Assembly: GCA_963769425.1 (NCBI GenBank)
Contig: CAVYLP010000006.1
Span: forward strand, 64,001 to 128,000
Direction: 5' to 3'
DNA: 64,000 bases
DNA from: Candidatus Bathyarchaeota archaeon
GTDB taxonomy: Archaea; Thermoproteota; Bathyarchaeia; TCS64
The notes beneath the pieces are model-generated. The model had not been told where the DNA came from, did no database searches, and saw only the letters and a list, made by a program, of their open reading frames with translations. Positions 28,705 through 39,709 of the stretch are shown one piece after another. The stretch's first letter is position 1, and each line of letters starts with the position of its first letter. The translations under genes were made by a program, and so were the position numbers.

Positions 28705-29166
28705 TTAGATGATGAAATATTTGGGGCAGACCTCAGCTCCGCCCGCCCACAGGGCGGTCTGGATGTTCTTAACGCCAGGTATGGCCGCTATCTCGCCGCC
28801 GAGCTTCATGAGGTGGCTGAAGTCGTGTATGACGCCGACGGCGAGGAGGTCGTGGTCGCCGACGGTCTTTGTGGCGACGATTATGTTTGGCATCTTGATG
28901 AGTGACCTAAGAATGCTGGTGGAGTCGGTCTTGGCGCCTCCGCTAGTGGAGACGTCTATATGGAAGGCAGCCATCCCCTCGTACCCTATCCTCCCCGGCT
29001 CAACGACTATGGTAGAGCCCCGGATCAGGCCCTCCTCCCTGAGCCTCTCATATCGCTTGATTACCGTGTCAGGGCTCTTGCCGAGGTCCTTGGCCATCTG
29101 ACGGAAGCTGGTCCTCGCGTCCTTGGTGAGCATCTCCACAATCTTCTCGTCTATCTCGTCCATCAC
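28705..29166 (-). CDS. Lrp/AsnC regulator (type B, copy 1)
   Basis: MDEIDEKIVEML..DARTSF HTH plus RAM domain (TVGDHDL). Confidence 0.9.
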   Translation of the reverse strand: MMDEIDEKIVEMLTKDARTSFRQMAKDLGKSPDTVIKRYERLREEGLIRGSTIVVEPGRIGYEGMAAFHIDVSTSGGAKTDSTSILRSLIKMPNIIVATKTVGDHDLLAVGVIHDFSHLMKLGGEIAAIPGVKNIQTALWAGGAEVCPKYFII

Positions 29167-29636
29167 GGCGTAGCCCCCTTGACTCCCTCTAGCTCGAAGT
29201 TCTCGGGGCATAGGAGTATGTCCTCAGCCCAGATACTCGTGGTGACCACCTTGACGTCGGGGTGCGCCTTGGTCCTCTCTATGAAGGCGTTTAGCTCGTT
29301 CACGTTCCCGAAGGCGACGATGGCGAAGACGTTCTGCATCCCGACGCTTGGGGTGCAGAAGATGACCCCCGGCTCCCCTCGCAGGCTGTGTACGACCTCA
29401 TCGACGCGCTTGGGGTCGACGCCTATCTCGAGGCTGGCGGCACACTCGAGGCCGAGGTGTCGGGGGTCGAGGAGAATTGTTGTCCCTTTGACGATGCCGG
29501 TCCTCTTGAGGCGTTGGAAGCGCTTGATTATGGTGTCGACGCTGACGTCGCACTCCACGGCGATGTCGGCGAAGTTTGTCCGTGCGTCCCGCTGGAGGCT
29601 CCGGATGACCCGGATGTCTGTCTCGTCGAACTTCAT
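29163..29636 (-). CDS. Lrp/AsnC regulator (type A, copy 1)
   Basis: FDETDIRVIRSLQRDARTNF HTH plus RAM domain. Confidence 0.9.
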   Translation of the reverse strand: MKFDETDIRVIRSLQRDARTNFADIAVECDVSVDTIIKRFQRLKRTGIVKGTTILLDPRHLGLECAASLEIGVDPKRVDEVVHSLRGEPGVIFCTPSVGMQNVFAIVAFGNVNELNAFIERTKAHPDVKVVTTSIWAEDILLCPENFELEGVKGATP

Positions 29637-29684
29637 GCCGCGGCTCGGATGTTGATCGGGCGTTCTTGCCTAAAAGTTTGACCT

Positions 29685-29963
29685 TTATTCGGACGTTTCC
29701 GGGTTTTCCCGGTAGAAAATGGCGACGTTGCCGATGACGTCTACGAGAGCGGAGCTTGTGGCGCCTGCTATCTCCTCGCTTAGTTCATTGCGGGTCTCCT
29801 TGAAGCCGAGGAACTTGACCTTGATGAGCTGGTGGTCGGTTAGCGCCTTGTCTATGTGTGCGAGGGATTCGGGTGTGACGCCGTACTTTCCTATGTGGGC
29901 GACGGGGTCGAGTTCGTGTGCCTTCGCCTTGAGTTCGGCGCGCCTCTTGGAGGTGAGTTCCAT
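29685..29963 (-). CDS. yhbY: CRM-domain RNA-binding protein YhbY
   Basis: LTSKRRAELKAKAH, IGKYGV, ALTDHQLIKVK, IGNVAIFYR. Confidence 0.92.
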   Translation of the reverse strand: MELTSKRRAELKAKAHELDPVAHIGKYGVTPESLAHIDKALTDHQLIKVKFLGFKETRNELSEEIAGATSSALVDVIGNVAIFYRENPETSE

Positions 29964-30059
29964 CGTTGCACCTCCTCTAGAATTGGTTGTGGGGTATTTG
30001 GGTTTAGCCCTGTTTTGGTTAAGGCTTTATAGAGTTGAGCGTGTGGTATTGGATGCTGG

Positions 30060-30132
30060 AGCCCGGTCGTCTAGTGGACAAGGATGGAGGGCTTTGGACC
30101 CTTAGACCGGAGTTCGAATCTCCGCCGGGCTA
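30060..30132 (+). tRNA. tRNA-Gln (anticodon TTG), intronless, CCA not encoded
   Basis: Acceptor stem AGCCCGG/CCGGGCT, anticodon arm GAGGG-CTTTGGA-CCCTT, T-loop GTTCGAATC; TTTATA box ~30 nt upstream. Confidence 0.95.
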
Positions 30133-30148
30133 CAGTATAAATCATCAA

Positions 30149-31388
30149 TTACTTACGTTTCAAGTAAAAAATGATAGTAATTAGGATCAAACCACAGAAG
30201 ATGATCTCCGGCGAATAGGCGGGTATTCCCTCAGCCGGCGCTATATCAGGAGGCTTAACTGAACTAGTGAGGCATCCGCTGTTCCCAGGTCCCGCTTGAT
30301 CCACTATAACTAAGGGCCCAGGTGTCGCCGTAGGATTGAAAGTCGGGCGGAGACCCAGTGATTCCTCCGAATAGAATCATTTTGTGATTGACTCGGTCGT
30401 ATGCCATCGACGTGTCCAGTCGGGATGGAGGCCGAGCACTGCTTGTTATTTCAGTCCATCTGTTGGAGGCGTAGTCGTAACTCCAGGTGTCGTTTCGTAT
30501 AGTTGCAGTGAAGCCATCGAAGCCACCGTATATAATCAGTTTGCCTTGATCCGAGTCGTATGCAGCCGCGAGCCAGTAGCGCTCATCTGGTTTTACGGGT
30601 GTCTCCCGCATCGACCAGATCATTCGACGCTAGGTCGTAGACCCAAACGTCGTTTGAGTAGCCATGGGTCGAGTTGCCGAAACCCTGCTTGGTAACCCAG
30701 TGCCCCCCGAACATGAGGAGCTTCCCGTTCCGAGTATCATACACCATGCTCGAACCATACTCACCGATCGCCCCGCTTGGTAGCGGCTTACTGGCGGGAT
30801 TCATCTCAGTCCACACGTTAGTGGAAGGGTCGAAGACCCATGTATCCCCGAGGATGACGTCGTTCTGCCCGTATCCGCCGAACATCACTACCTTCTTGTT
30901 TGCCTCGTCGTACGCCATGGCGGCGGATTGCCGGGCCGGGGGCCTCACCGCGGGCGTGATCTGCGTCCAAGTTTTCGCTCTGATGTCGAATATCCACGTG
31001 TCGTCGAACCGCGCTTCCCCCCACCCCCGAAGAGGACGAGCCTCTGGAGGTCGGGCACATACGCGACCGAGTAGAGGAACTTCGTCGGGGAGTAGGAACT
31101 CGTGGCAACCTGCGTCCAGGTGTTCGCCGCGTAGTCGTATGACCAGAGATCGCTGTAGCCCTTCCAGTCGCCCCCCTCCTGTATCCCCCCGCCGTAGAGC
31201 AGAGTCCTCCCCGACGCCTGATCGAACACCAGACGCATAGCCTCCCGCTTCGAGGGCGAGGCATCGGCAGATCCTGCAGGAGGGAGCGCCAGGGTCGAGG
31301 AATAGATGAGTAGAAATACAAGGCCCAGACGCAGAAGCGCAGCTAGCTTGTGCAGTGGAACAGGTACCTGCACCACCATCTCTCGCAC
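30149..31388 (-). CDS. Secreted Kelch-repeat beta-propeller with C-terminal IPAYSPE-TM-KRK anchor (several frameshifts)
   Basis: Repeated MAYD..LFGG..DTW..W units across ORFs 30945-31388, 30583-31404 and 30264-30623; shifted tail GIPAYSPEIIFCGLILITIIFYLKRK*. Confidence 0.8.
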
Positions 31389-31460
31389 CTCCTGTAGAAC
31401 TCACCGATCCTCCTCACGGCAGGATCATTCGCCAACTTGAATATCATAGCCTCAACATCA

Positions 31461-32427
31461 TCAAAACCCATGTGTTCTCACCACGCGTCTAATACCGAAC
31501 AGAATCACCAACCCCACACCGAGGACCGCGGCCTCGATGGGAAACCCGGGCACCGCCCCCTGACCCGATTTATCCCCGGGTAAAGTACCTTCACTCGGGG
31601 CTTCACCCAACCTCACCGGGTACCTGTCGACCGAGTTCACTGACCCATCGATCTTGTACCCACCCGCTCCACCGTAGTCGGACCACAGCGTTCCCCAACT
31701 TCAGCTCCTCGCTGAACCAGGCGTTCCCGACTCCCTCGTCGAGCGCCTGACTACCCACCTCGAAGTGGTAGATGGAGTCCCAGTCGTAGGATTCTATGCC
31801 AGCGTTGTCGATGAGGGTGTTGTTGTAGATGAGGTTCCCCTGGGAGGAGCGGATGACGAAGACGCCGTGGGCTCCGTTGCCGACGATCGTGTTGTTGACC
31901 ACCACGTTCCCGTTGGAAAAGCGAAGGCTTACCCCGTGGTACCCGTTGTGACTCAGGTCGTTCCCGGCTATGACGCAATCATCGGAGTAGTTCGTGTGGA
32001 TGCCCTCCGTGAACCCGGTGCAGTTATTCCCGACGACCCTCACCCCGTCGGCACCGAGAACTATCCCACCCCCATCCCCCGTGTTCCCGGTTATCAGATT
32101 CCCATCAAGCGTCGCCGTGCCCGGGGACACATCGTGAACCAGTATGCCGATGTAGTCCGCCTTGATCTCGCACCGAGTAATGACGAAGTACGCGTGGGTG
32201 TTGACGACCTCGATCCCGTTGGACATGTTGCCCCTCGAATCGATCCTGAGGCCTTCGATGACGTAGGGATCCCCCTTCACCCCGCTCCCCTCGTACCCAT
32301 TCGCGACGAAGTCACCGTCCGAGTCGATCACAACTGGCGAGGACTCAACGGTGGAGTAACCCATCGCCAAATGGGAGAACAGGCCCACGCAGGCGAGCAC
32401 CGAGACTAGAAGGAGTAGCCGATTCAA
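31461..32427 (-). CDS. Secreted NosD/right-handed beta-helix protein with VPGFP-TM-RR sorting signal (frameshift near 31690)
   Basis: G.G...DPYVIEG, parallel beta-helix repeats; shifted tail AVPGFPIEAAVLGVGLVILFGIRR. Confidence 0.8.
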
Positions 32428-32545
32428 CTCAACGAGTCTATCGATGGTTCAAGGGAAAAATATAGTTAAAGACCGTTGCTGGGATGGCAGGATCAATTCT
32501 CTTGGGTCTCAGCTTTTACGCGCCCGTTGCGGGCCACGTCTTTAA

Positions 32546-33359
32546 CTACTGGCTAAGCCGCTCCCGGCTCTCGGCGATCTTCTTTGGGAGCCAATCGCGC
32601 TCCTTACCCTTGGACCTGGCCCAGTAGTGCTCAAAGAGGTCGAGACACCACCTGTGGAACTCGGGGTCAGCCGACATCAGGCCGGTGTAGTCGAACCGCC
32701 CGTCGAGGCGGGGGAAGCTTAGGGAGAGCCACCCCCTTCTCGGACATCGCCAGAAAGAAGTCGCAGCTCTCCATGGTGTGGTTGACGAATTGCCCGCTCC
32801 TCAGCGCCTCATCGTACGTCGGTGTATTACGGTAGTCGGGGGGGACGACTATGTCCACGGGGTCGAGGAGCCTCTGCTTTACGCCCCTCTCGAACGCCTT
32901 CTCCGCGTATGGAACGATCGTGATCATTAATCGGTCGGTCACCCTGAGAACGTATTCTTCCGCCTCCATGTACATCCTCTCGACGTTCTTGAACACGACC
33001 ATGACGTCGTCTATGAGCTGGGAGTTGCTAAGCTCGCCGAGACGCATCTGGAACATGGGTGGTATCCGCTCGATGGTGTGCCCGAGGAAGTAGTCGCGGT
33101 GCATCGTCGAGAATTCGAGGGGCCTCAACTGGGTGAGGACCTGGGAGGCATACGGCGTCAGCTTGATTACCCCGTCAGGCTCCTTCGCCACGAGCCCCAC
33201 GGAAGCGAGCCTCGATATGTGCCTGCTACACTCCTGATTCGTGATCTGGAGTTCCCTTGCCAGTGAGGTGAGCTTGCTCCGCCGCTCCCCGATCATCCGC
33301 AGGATGCCGATGCGCTCCTCGCTTGAGAGTTCAAAGAGGAGGTCGCAGAGATCCCCCAT
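32546..33359 (-). CDS. ArsR-type HTH plus DUF1724-like regulator (C-terminal frameshift)
   Basis: LLFELSSEERIGIL, QECSRHISRL, YFLGH....IP, shifted tail FPRLDGRFDY..WCLDLFEHYW. Confidence 0.78.
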
Positions 33360-33439
33360 CTTCACGTCCACGTTTGATGCTTTGTCCCAAGCAGTAATAA
33401 AATGCGTGTATGCGGGAGAAGGGTCACGGTCAGCTCCAG

Positions 33440-33695
33440 GAGACGACACCACACTCGTCGACGCTAGCAGGGCCGTGACGACCGAAGGGATTAGTAGTAC
33501 AATAAGCGATGTCACCGGCAGGATCTGGCCGAGTTGTGCAGCTCCCGACGGTAGGTTGAGGATCTGGTTCACAGCGAATACGTTCTCGAATATGATGATA
33601 ATCGGTAGCACCGAGACGGAGAGGAAGACGTAGCGGTTCTTCGTCGTCTCCTGGAGGTCCTTCTTGAAGATCTCGACCACGGCGGCCCAGTTCAT
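33440..33695 (-). pseudogene. ABC-2 permease N-terminal fragment
   Basis: MNWAAVVEIFKKDLQE plus two TM helices, breaking off at ASTSVV. Confidence 0.65.
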
Positions 33696-34452
33696 TGCGG
33701 GGCCTCCTTAGACGACTTAACGAGCCTAAGATAGACTTCCTCAAGGCTGTGCCGGACCTCGCCGACGAACTGGACCCTGTACCCCGCCTTGACGAGGAGG
33801 TCCACGATCTGCGGGTTCTCATCCTCTGGGTCCTCGACCTCGAGTACGAGCTTGTTCTCGGAACGCTCGGCGGAGCGGACGAAGGGAAGGGCGCGCAGCT
33901 TCGCGACGACGCCGTCGTCCGCGGCCTTGAGGTGGAATACTATGGTGCGCTTGAATAGGTTGGCCCTGAGGTTGTCGGGTGTGTCGAGGGCAATGAGGCC
34001 CCCCTGTATTACGGCGACGCGGTCGCTGAGCCGGTCCGCGTCGTCTAGGTTGTGGGTGCTAAGGACGACGGTCTTCCCCTTCGCCTTGAGGTCGAGTATG
34101 AAATCCTTCACCGTCTTCGAGGCGACTGGGTCGAGGCCGGACATAGGCTCGTCCATGAAGACGTACTCAGGGTCATGTAGGAGGGCGCGAATTATGGCGA
34201 GCTTCTGCTTCATCCCCTTCGAGTAGGTCTGAACGGCCTCCCCACGCCTCTCCCAGAGGTCAAAGGACTGGAGCAGGTCGTGCATCCGCGTCCCGAGTTG
34301 GGGCTGCTTCACGCCGAAGAGCTTGCCGTAGAACTCTAGGTTGCGCTGGGCCGTGAGGGTGTCGTAGTGGCCGGGGACCTCGGGCTGGACACCCACGTTC
34401 CTGTGCACCTGCATGGGGTTCCGAGTCACGTCTACGCCCTCGATTGTGCACG
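33692..34452 (-). pseudogene. ABC transporter ATPase lacking the N-terminal Walker A region
   Basis: YSKGMKQK signature, FMDEP, STH present; similarity starts at TCTIEGVDV with no GxxGxGKT upstream. Confidence 0.75.
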
Positions 34453-34537
34453 TGGCTTCAACGCTTGGATAATTTTATTTAAAGCTATTTTAGAAGAAAA
34501 AAGCACACACGACACCTTAGGAAGAAGAAAAGCTGTG

Positions 34538-35775
34538 CTAGTCTTGCTGGGCATAGGCTTCCTCGCCGTGCTCAACGAGGTCGAGGCCCTTCCTGCTCCT
34601 CCTCTGGCGTAACCCTGAGGGGGGAGAAGACATTGATCACCTTTAGGATGATGTAGGTCCCCACGAAGGAGTAGGCGCCGACCACGGCGACGCCGACGAA
34701 CTGCGCGAAGAACAGGTTTGTGTTCCCGTAGAGGAGGCCGTTCGAGCCCGCGGCGTTGACCGCGACCGTCGCGAAGAGGCCAGTTGCAAGTGACCCGATG
34801 ATGCCGCCGACGCCATGGCACGCGAAGACGTCGAGTGAGTCATCTACCTTGAGCCTCGTGGCCCTCCAGTTGGAAACGAGGTTTGATACGACGCCGGCGG
34901 TCAGACCTATGAGTATCGCCGCCCAGGGGGCAACGTAACCCGAGGCGGGTGTGACCGCCGCGAGACCACAGACCGCGCCCACAGCCAGACCGACGACCGA
35001 GGGTCTACCCTTACCCATCCAATCGACGGCCATCCAGCTCACAGCCGCCGCAGCGGCCGCGAGGTTCGTGTTCACGAGGGCATAGACCGCGACGGTGTCG
35101 GCGGCGAGGGCACTGCCAGCGTTGAACCCGAACCAGCCGAACCAGAGTATCGAGGCACCCAGGATCACGTAGGGGATGTTGCTCGGCTTCATCTCCTCGT
35201 GGTTCTCCACATCTTGCCTCCTACCGATCACGAGGGCAGCCGCGAGCGCCGACAACCCAGCAGCCGCGTGGATGACTATTCCACCGGCGAAGTCGAGTGT
35301 ACCCAGCAGGTGGAGCCAGCCGTCGACGTTCCACACCCAGTGAGCCACCGGGCTGTAGATGAGGGTCGACCACGCGATTATGAAGATGAGGAGCGACTTG
35401 AACCTCATTCTCTCCACGAATGCCCCGATGATCAGAGCGGGGGTAATCGCCGCGAACTTGAGCTGGAAAGCGAACTGGAGCAGCTCGGGGATCGTCGGGC
35501 CGTAATTCGGGTTAGCCGCGGCGCCCACGCCGTTAAGCCCGAAGTTGGCCAAGCTCCCGATGAAGCCCCCGATCGATGGCCCGAAGACGAGGGTGTAACC
35601 CCAGAGAGCCCAGACGATGCTCACGATCGCGAAGATAACAATGCACTGAATGATTGTTGAGAGGATGTTCTTCCTCCTCACCAGGCCACCGTAGAAAAAA
35701 CCGAGGCCCGGCGTCATGAACATGACCAGAGCAGTAGCAACCATAATCCAGGAAATATCGCTGCGAACTTATCAT
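34538..35775 (-). CDS. amtB: Ammonium transporter (copy 2; frameshifts near both ends)
   Basis: Same motifs as copy 1; corrected ends MISS.DISW and GLDLVEHGEEAYAQQD*. Confidence 0.93.
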
Positions 35776-36077
35776 CCAAACACCTTGTCAAGGGGTCCAA
35801 AATACGATATTTAGAGTTTTTCTGCAAAATAATTACGGAAAATTTATGATTGTCCTGTAAAGACTAAGGATAATTCTACGTTTTCTATCTAAACGCCACT
35901 ATTTCTAATATATACCAAGATTCTACGGGAAAAATGCGGGGGGAAACTGAATATTTCCAAAAAAATCGAACAGTTATCTACAAACAACTGGAAAGAGCCG
36001 AAAAAGGTATGAAAGCTTGTTTCCGAAGAATCTCCGGTTATGAAAACCGGAAGAAATCGACTAAAACGCGTCTTAGA

Positions 36078-36542
36078 TTAGATTATGAAGTATTTAGGGC
36101 AGACCTCGCTCTCGCTCGCCCAGAGAGCAGTCTGTATGCTCTTGATCCCGGGTATCGCGGAGATCTCCTTCCCTAGACTCATTAGGTGGTTGAAGTTGTG
36201 GATGACGCCTATCGCGAGCAGGTCGTGATCCCCTACCGTCTTCGTGGCCACGATTATATTTGGCATCTTGATCAAGGTCTTCAGGATCTTCGTCGAGTCA
36301 GGCTTAGCGCCGCCGATCTGAGAGACGTCAATGTGAAAAGCCGCCATCCCCTCGTACCCGATCAGCTTCGGATCAACAATCACTGTCGAGCCCCGTACGT
36401 CACCCGAGTCCAGGAGACGCTGGAAGCGATTGATTACCGTGTCTGGGCTCTTGTCGAGGACCTTCGCTATCTTCCGGAAACTCATCCTCGCGTCCTCGGT
36501 GAGCATCTCTATGATCTTCTGGTCGACCTCATCCATGCTCAT
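36078..36542 (-). CDS. Lrp/AsnC regulator (type B, copy 2)
   Basis: Close paralog of 28705-29166, both ending EVCPKYFII. Confidence 0.92.
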   Translation of the reverse strand: MSMDEVDQKIIEMLTEDARMSFRKIAKVLDKSPDTVINRFQRLLDSGDVRGSTVIVDPKLIGYEGMAAFHIDVSQIGGAKPDSTKILKTLIKMPNIIVATKTVGDHDLLAIGVIHNFNHLMSLGKEISAIPGIKSIQTALWASESEVCPKYFII

Positions 36543-37009
36543 CGGCTCTCCTTTAAGAGCTCAAGCTCGAAGTTCTCGGGGCAGAGGAGGACATCGTCAA
36601 CCCAGATGCTCGTCTTTAGATCCTTTACGTGGGTGAGCGCCTTGACGGATTCCCTGAGTAGGTTAAGCTCCTTCATACTCCGGAGGACGGCGATGGCGAA
36701 GATGTTCTGCATCCCCATGCTGGGGGTGCAGAAGACGACGCCGGGCTGCTTCTTCATAGCGGCCACCACCTCAGCGACATCGACGGCGTCGACGTTCACC
36801 TCGAGGCTAGCAAGGCAGTCCATCCCCATGAGCCTCGGCTCGAGGAGGATCGTCGTCCCCTTCACGACGCCGTTCTTCTCCAGGCGCTGTAGGCGCTTTA
36901 TGATAGTGTCAACGCTGACGCCGCACTCCTTGGCGATGTCGGCGAAGTTTGTTCGGGCATCCTTCTGCAGGTTGCGGAGCACCCTGACGTCAGTGTCGTC
37001 GAATTTCAC
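36539..37009 (-). CDS. Lrp/AsnC regulator (type A, copy 2)
   Basis: Close paralog of 29163-29636, both with LLCPENFELE. Confidence 0.92.
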   Translation of the reverse strand: MKFDDTDVRVLRNLQKDARTNFADIAKECGVSVDTIIKRLQRLEKNGVVKGTTILLEPRLMGMDCLASLEVNVDAVDVAEVVAAMKKQPGVVFCTPSMGMQNIFAIAVLRSMKELNLLRESVKALTHVKDLKTSIWVDDVLLCPENFELELLKESR

Positions 37010-37449
37010 TCTGGCACCACGTACGTACCGTAATTACCTCCCTTTTAACGATCGCTATTTTCGGACAATTGGTTGTTAAAAGGTCATATTTCTGCGAATA
37101 TGTTTGTTTGTCCGGTTCAACTTTAATAATCGGACAATTTACGAAACAGAGGGTATATTTATCGATGAAAAATGGGTCGTTTTATCCCCTTGCACAATTT
37201 CACTCTCCGTGATCAAGGTTTCCGCCCCCAGCGCCCCAAAACGGGCTTTCACGCGTTTATATACGCTAAATCTTGAGATATAATCGGATAAGACTTGAAG
37301 AGAGCCTTCCTCTACGGCGGGAAGGTTGAGCGGCTCCGGGTGACGGTGAGGCTATCCTGATCGTACTCAGCCTCGCGGCGTGCGATCACGGTCAGCTGAT
37401 ACGCCTCTGAACGGAACAAGTTCTATCCATAGAAGCGGATAGATTAGGT

Positions 37450-38514
37450 ATGTTGGATTTCACCCGGTTCGGTGGGACGCAGGTCGTCGACTGCCACGTT
37501 CACCCTTGGCCGCCTTGGAAGGCGGACACCAAGCTGGATGAGGCGGCGCTAAAGTCAAAGTCGGCTGGAGCTCACGGAGACCATCACCACGGGGCGGTTG
37601 AGCCAGATGCACGTCTACGGGAACCCTGACCACGCTGCCCTATACCTAAAAGCTGCGAACCCCGGGTTACTCTACGCTGGGGGCTACGCGCCGTGGAGCT
37701 TCGACGCTAAGGGGTGGATGGGCACGGATTGGTCCAGATACGTCGAGTCGCTCGTGACTCTCGGCTACGACGGGATCGGGGAGATGGGGGCGAAGCCGGT
37801 GACCCGGGACAGGCACACGCCCCTCGACTCCCCAGCCTACGAGGGGTTCTGGGGCGCCTGCGAGGACGCGAGGTTCCCAGTCGTCTGCCACGTGGGGACC
37901 CTGAGGAGTTCTGGAGCGAGGAGCAGACGCCTCAGTGGGCGAAGGCGCGGGGCTGGGGCTACTACAGGGGGGACTACCCCGCCCTTGAGGAGCTGTACGG
38001 TGAGGTGGAGAACTTCCTCATCCGCCACCCCAGGGTCACCGTCGTCTTCCCCCACTTCCTCTTCCTCTCACCACACATGGAGAGGCTCGACGACTTCTTC
38101 AACCGCCACCCAAGCGCAAACGTCGACCTCACACCCGGCATAGAGCTCGTCTACAGCATCAGCCGCCGAAGAGACGACTGGCGCCGCTTCTTCACTCGGC
38201 GCGCAGACAGGATACTCCTCGGCACGGACATAGGCATGAGCAAGACCGTCGAGGAACACCTAGCGCGAATCTGGATACTCCGCATGTTCCTCGAGACGAG
38301 GGAGGAGTTCTACACACCCGACTCCGCGGACGAGTTGCTCACCCGCTACGAGGAGCCGTTCATCGGCCTCGACCTGCCGAAGGCCGCTCTGGAGAAGATA
38401 TGCTCAGGGAACTTCCATCAGACTCTGGGGAGCGAAGCCGAAGAGCGTCGACGTGAAAGCCGCAGCGGCTGCGTCAGAGAAGAATGGGCACGTCAGGCGT
38501 CGCGAAGGCATTGA
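37450..38514 (+). CDS. Metal-dependent amidohydrolase (Amidohydro_2), several frameshifts
   Basis: VVDCHVH at the N-terminus, GIGE, PVVCHVGDP, FPH, RILLGTD. Confidence 0.8.
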
Positions 38515-38534
38515 AAAGCGTAAGGTAGCGAGAA

Positions 38535-39410
38535 TTATTCGGCCTCTATCTTCTTGGGGGCCTCAGCACGCTTCACGAGGTCCCTGACCGCCCCCGCGAG
38601 CTCCTCGCACGCGACGCGGCGCACCTCGACCGAGCCGTCGACCTCCGCCTCGGCGACGAGCTTGTCGACCTCCCTCCTCTCGGCGGCGACCTTCTCGAGT
38701 ATCACGCCCCTCTCCTGCTCGTACTCACTCTGGAGTACGGCAAGCTCCTCAGCGAACTTGGCCTTGGTCACCTCCACGCCCTTCTCCGCGTCGGAGAGCC
38801 TCGACCTCGCCTCCTCCTCCATCTTCGCCTTGCTCTTCGTGAAGCGCTCCAGGAACCCGACCTTCGACTCGAGCACCTCATCCAGCTTGGCGCGGAGCGC
38901 CTCGACGCTGCTCGTCAGCTCCTTGAGATTGGCGTCCCTTCGGGTCGCTTGCTCCCTCAGCTTCTCGTCGTGCTCCTGCTCCGCGTGGAAGAGAAGGTCC
39001 TTGGAGCCGTGTAGGCCCATGATGGTCGCCTCCCTCGACGCCTCCTTCGTCTGCTCCGCCTTCAGCGCCGCCTCGACGGCTGAGAGGATGCTGGCGCGCT
39101 CCTCGCGGAACTTGTCGTCCAGCTCGACGACCTTGCTCGCCTCGAAGTCGTCGAGGACGCTGCCGAGGCTCTTGAGCCACCTGTCGAAGTGCTGGTTGAA
39201 GGGCGCCATCGCGAATGTCTGCGAGCCGAGGGTCTCGAGGCCCGCGATGCTCCTGTCGACGACCTCTTTAGGGTCTGTGCACCGCATCTCTGCCCGGCGT
39301 GACCCGGAGGCGTGAGTCGTCGTCGCCTTCTTCGCCTTGGCCTTCTTCGGCCTGTCGAAGCCCCTTGGCCTGCTTGATCGGGCGCCACCTGCGCTCGGTT
39401 GATAACTCAT
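38535..39410 (-). CDS. Coiled-coil hypothetical protein with basic N-terminus
   Basis: Likely start MSYQP at 39410; long Glu/Ala/Lys-rich heptads. Confidence 0.7.
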   Translation of the reverse strand: MSYQPSAGGARSSRPRGFDRPKKAKAKKATTTHASGSRRAEMRCTDPKEVVDRSIAGLETLGSQTFAMAPFNQHFDRWLKSLGSVLDDFEASKVVELDDKFREERASILSAVEAALKAEQTKEASREATIMGLHGSKDLLFHAEQEHDEKLREQATRRDANLKELTSSVEALRAKLDEVLESKVGFLERFTKSKAKMEEEARSRLSDAEKGVEVTKAKFAEELAVLQSEYEQERGVILEKVAAERREVDKLVAEAEVDGSVEVRRVACEELAGAVRDLVKRAEAPKKIEAE

Positions 39411-39459
39411 GAAGATAGAAGGAGCGGGAGGGAGTATTTCTAGGCTCGGACCGCGGGTG

Positions 39460-39709
39460 TCAGTCCTTAGCGTCTTCGAGTGCCCGCGCGAGCTGGTCCG
39501 GGCACGAGGTCCCTCTGCCGCTGCAGTCGATGCCGCGGAGCCTCCTGATGACCTCGTCGACCTCCATCCCCTCGACGAGGCTGGCGATGCCCTGCAGGTT
39601 CCCCTCGCATCCGTCGACGAACTCGACGTGCGAGACGCGCCCGCCATCGATCGGTGAAGAATATCCTCTCCGAGCAGACGCCCTCGGGTGTGTAAGACTT
39701 CTCCTCCAT
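39460..39709 (-). CDS. TIGR03905-type TSCPD-domain protein (frameshift near 39652)
   Basis: Corrected reading YTPEGVCS..GCEGNLQG..L.GIDC..RGTSCPDQLARAL. Confidence 0.8.

Noticed and set aside
32667-33695. Apparent permease-HTH fusion protein
   Set aside because: The linker is an intergenic, promoter-like sequence that happens to be in frame between a truncated permease and a normal regulator
30060-37009. Integrative element at tRNA-Gln
   Set aside because: No integrase and no duplicated tRNA 3' end found by eye
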